DNA from: Harriotta raleighana
Taxonomy: Eukaryota
Direction: 5' to 3'
Length of the DNA: 64,000 bases
NCBI GenBank assembly: GCA_050575255.1
Contig: JBNZDD010013730.1
Span: 4,115,671 to 4,179,670, forward strand
Shown here: piece by piece, positions 61,104 through 64,000 of the stretch
Layout of the letters: each line of letters starts with the position of its first letter
Position numbering within the stretch: the first letter of the stretch is position 1
Position numbers and translations under genes: made by a program
Notes under the pieces: model-generated
What the model was told of the DNA's origin: nothing
The model's input: the letters and a program-made list of their open reading frames with translations, nothing else
Databases searched by the model: none

Positions 61104-64000
61104 TCCTTGTTTTGTGTGTGTGTACGCGTGAAACAATAGTGAACAAAACAAACAGCATGCTCTCCATAAATTACGTAATTTCACGCCAATGAATGTTTGC
61201 GAAAAGTGATCAGTCAATGATGACCCCAATTCCCTACAAAAACAGCCATTACACTTAGTAGCAATTATTTTGTACCTAAAATCAGCTCTGCCCGATCGTC
61301 CTAAGGCATCGTAAAGTTATGAATTAGCACATTTTGCAAAGTCCGTGAACAGATTCATCAGGTTCAATCTGCTTGCTCTGCACCATGGATAATGAAAAAT
61401 AAGCCGTACAAGCAAAAATATGCAACTAAAATATTTAACAATGGAAACTGACTTTGGGCATATTGTTTGCTAAAACATATTTCAAGCCAGCAGGTAATTT
61501 CTGCCATCACTGTTAGTCTCACATTGTTTGCTGGCAACTGAAGTTGTTTTTAACAATGCTCCACAGTACTGCACCTTACAGAGTTAAAATTATTTTAAGT
61601 TAATTTATTTAAGCTGTTTGGCTGTAGTTTCTGAAAGTCATTATTTTGGGGTTTATTGAGGCCTGAACGGGGCACACTAATCAGTTGCTCCTGTCCATTT
61701 ATTTACTGTTTGTAATCATCTCAAGTAACGCGCGTGTTTAAAAGAATTGTCGTCAACATTTATCCCAAGAATATGAAACACAAAACCAAATGCTTGACTT
61801 GATTTTATGTCAGTTCTTTAGTCATTTCTAACATGATTCAAATATAGAGCAAGTTTAAAATTTGTGAAAATACTATGGTAGCAATGGGAGGAGCAGCTGT
61901 TGTGACACATTAGTCAAATGCAAATGTGGTCAGACTAAACAAATCAACTGTGTTATTTTGATGCAGAATAGAATATGCAAAATATCCCTAACATCACTAA
62001 ATCTAGCACTGATGTGTCTGATCAGGATCGAACATCAGGTGTTACTTCACATCATCGATGTTGTTAGAATTAGTAGCTTGAATCTTACTGAGGTTTGAGC
62101 TACTATTAGATGTTACAAAAGCTAGAAAGCCCCAAGAAAGAGCTGTTGTAGCAGAAGTTCTGTTAAATGAGGTATCGCAGGTAGGAAGTTGTAAGAAACC
62201 ATTTTTATTGTGGGTAATTGTCATTTGACAACAAGACATTACACAGGTACTGGTGATTTCCGAGATGTCGTTGCTGAAACTGATGAATTGATTTTAGACT
62301 TTGTTTTGCAGGGTATAATTGCAAAACATACCAATTAAAACTCCCAATCAGTATCTGCCATCAGCAATTTTTAAGCTTGATTCAATTTGTTTATATGGAC
62401 GTATTGTCTGAACACAATGTTAATGCATTTAACAAAAATAGACTGTACGTAGAATTATTCCAGATAACTTAAATTGCGATGATAGAAATTCTTTCCATAG
62501 TTACCGATTGCTATGTGGGAGTAAATTGAGATTAAACAGCAGTGAATGAGACCAAAGACACTTTCAATGCAAATCGTATTCCACCCACTATATAAAAACC
62601 CAAAATCTCGTTAGGAGATATTTAATATTTTCATTTTCTAGTCACAAGAAGATCCAAGAATTCAGTTTGCAACATTTGTAAGACAGGCACCAACTACAAG
62701 AAAATCAATGCACAGCTCCCAAACCTAGATGCCAATCTTGCGGAGGTCATAAACTGGTAAAATTCAGTTCCAATAAGTACTGCACTTCTGTGGATTCAAA
62801 GCTCATCCACACAGTAGAAGGAAGCATTACGCTTTTAGTGACTGGTTACATAGTGACATTTACAAGGAAGGGACTTAAAGCAGGTCACTTTACTAGTCTC
62901 CCAGCAAGGAATATATGATCTAGAGAATCTCCTGAACCACAGGGGAGAAATAATAAGTGTCATATACTTTTTTTTAAAAGGATTTTATAAATTAATCAAG
63001 GGGGAAAGAAGGTCACTAAATGGATCACAAAATTCTTAAGAACAGGCCTCAGAGTTCTGAGAGCATTGTGTAATTCATTTTGGCACTGAGTCAAGCCTAA
63101 AATTAGTTTGTTTAAAGCACAAGTTTTACCGTATTGTTTTGAGACAATATTACATCATTTGATTATGGGATACAAACATTAATATAGCTGAATCTCAAGA
63201 GTTGTTTTTACGAGTGCCTTGCACCCTTCTGTTTTATACAGTCACATTCTGAAACTTCAAATACATCATCTGGCATAAGCCTGTTTAAAAACTCAACTCT
63301 AAATGAATTAAAATGATATTTTAACAAGTTTTTTTTAAAAAAATCAGGGAAAATATACTTCTAATGTGTTACCCACATGCTTTCAGACGGATTCAAGTAT
63401 GTACATATGAAAGACCTCAGCAGCATCAGACAGATGCTAGGTCCAAGAGCAAATGTCAGAGCACTCCCATAATGATGTGGTGCATCCATCAATTAAGATG
63501 AAATGCGGTCAACAATCAGAAGAAAGTCATTTCCATCAACTTCAATCCTCACTTTAATGACTTTTTAAACTGGGAACCTCAGCCATTCTGGTTTGGGGCT
63601 TTGTTCAGTCTGAATATAAACCTTCCATTAACATATCGGGAACACACATTTAAATGACAGATTGCAGGTCACAGAGGCTCCTCCATTCACATCATATCAC
63701 CAAAGTGGTAAGAGTTTTCCCAACTTTAGTTCTTCCTAAGGAAAGTTCATTAACCCCTTTTTAGTGAAAACTTTTTAGTGCTTAAATGCTTACAAACACA
63801 TCTGAAATCATGGTGATTTACGATGCTCTAGTTTGGATTTAAGTTTCTCAGATCCATTATCACTCCCCCAATATAAGCAGATCAAAGCTGTCGTTTTACA
63901 ACATGCATGTGGATTATCTGAACATGAATGACATTTGTAACTTAATAGGTCAGTAATCTAAAGTACATAAGGCGCTTTTTGTGCCTAGTGCTAAACAGAC

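Noticed and set aside
1-64000. CRISPR arrays, operons or other prokaryotic systems
   Set aside because: The sequence is vertebrate intronic/intergenic DNA, with no regularly spaced repeats or dense ORFs.

Overview
This is AT-rich, gene-poor vertebrate genomic DNA, not prokaryotic. The repeat content points to a cartilaginous fish, probably a chimaera/elephant-shark-type genome (inference). It includes a young tRNA-headed Deu-domain SINE with an L2-type tail, older SacSINE1-like, LF-SINE-like and AmnSINE2-like SINEs, L2 and CR1 fragments, and shark Penelope-type termini. Most listed ORFs are chance ORFs or retroelement-derived. The best coding signal is a + strand exon at 27892-28097 (clean splice sites, two hydrophobic segments, family not recognised), with weaker phase-compatible partner exons at about 18964, 30749 and 41668. 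A - strand exon at 43361-43561 suggests a second, convergent gene. Other notable items are two decayed hammerhead-ribozyme cores in Penelope-like termini, an ~800 bp Tigger/pogo-like element carrying a nested hAT end, and a 66 bp L2 tail inserted into a SINE with an 8 bp TSD. There are also recurring tail-outward inverted SINE pairs, an isolated 15 bp-stem hairpin, and several blocks resembling conserved non-coding elements. Two N gaps and three single-N 'duplications' are probably assembly artefacts. No rRNA, true tRNA or CRISPR was seen. Family names come from recalled consensus motifs, not database searches.
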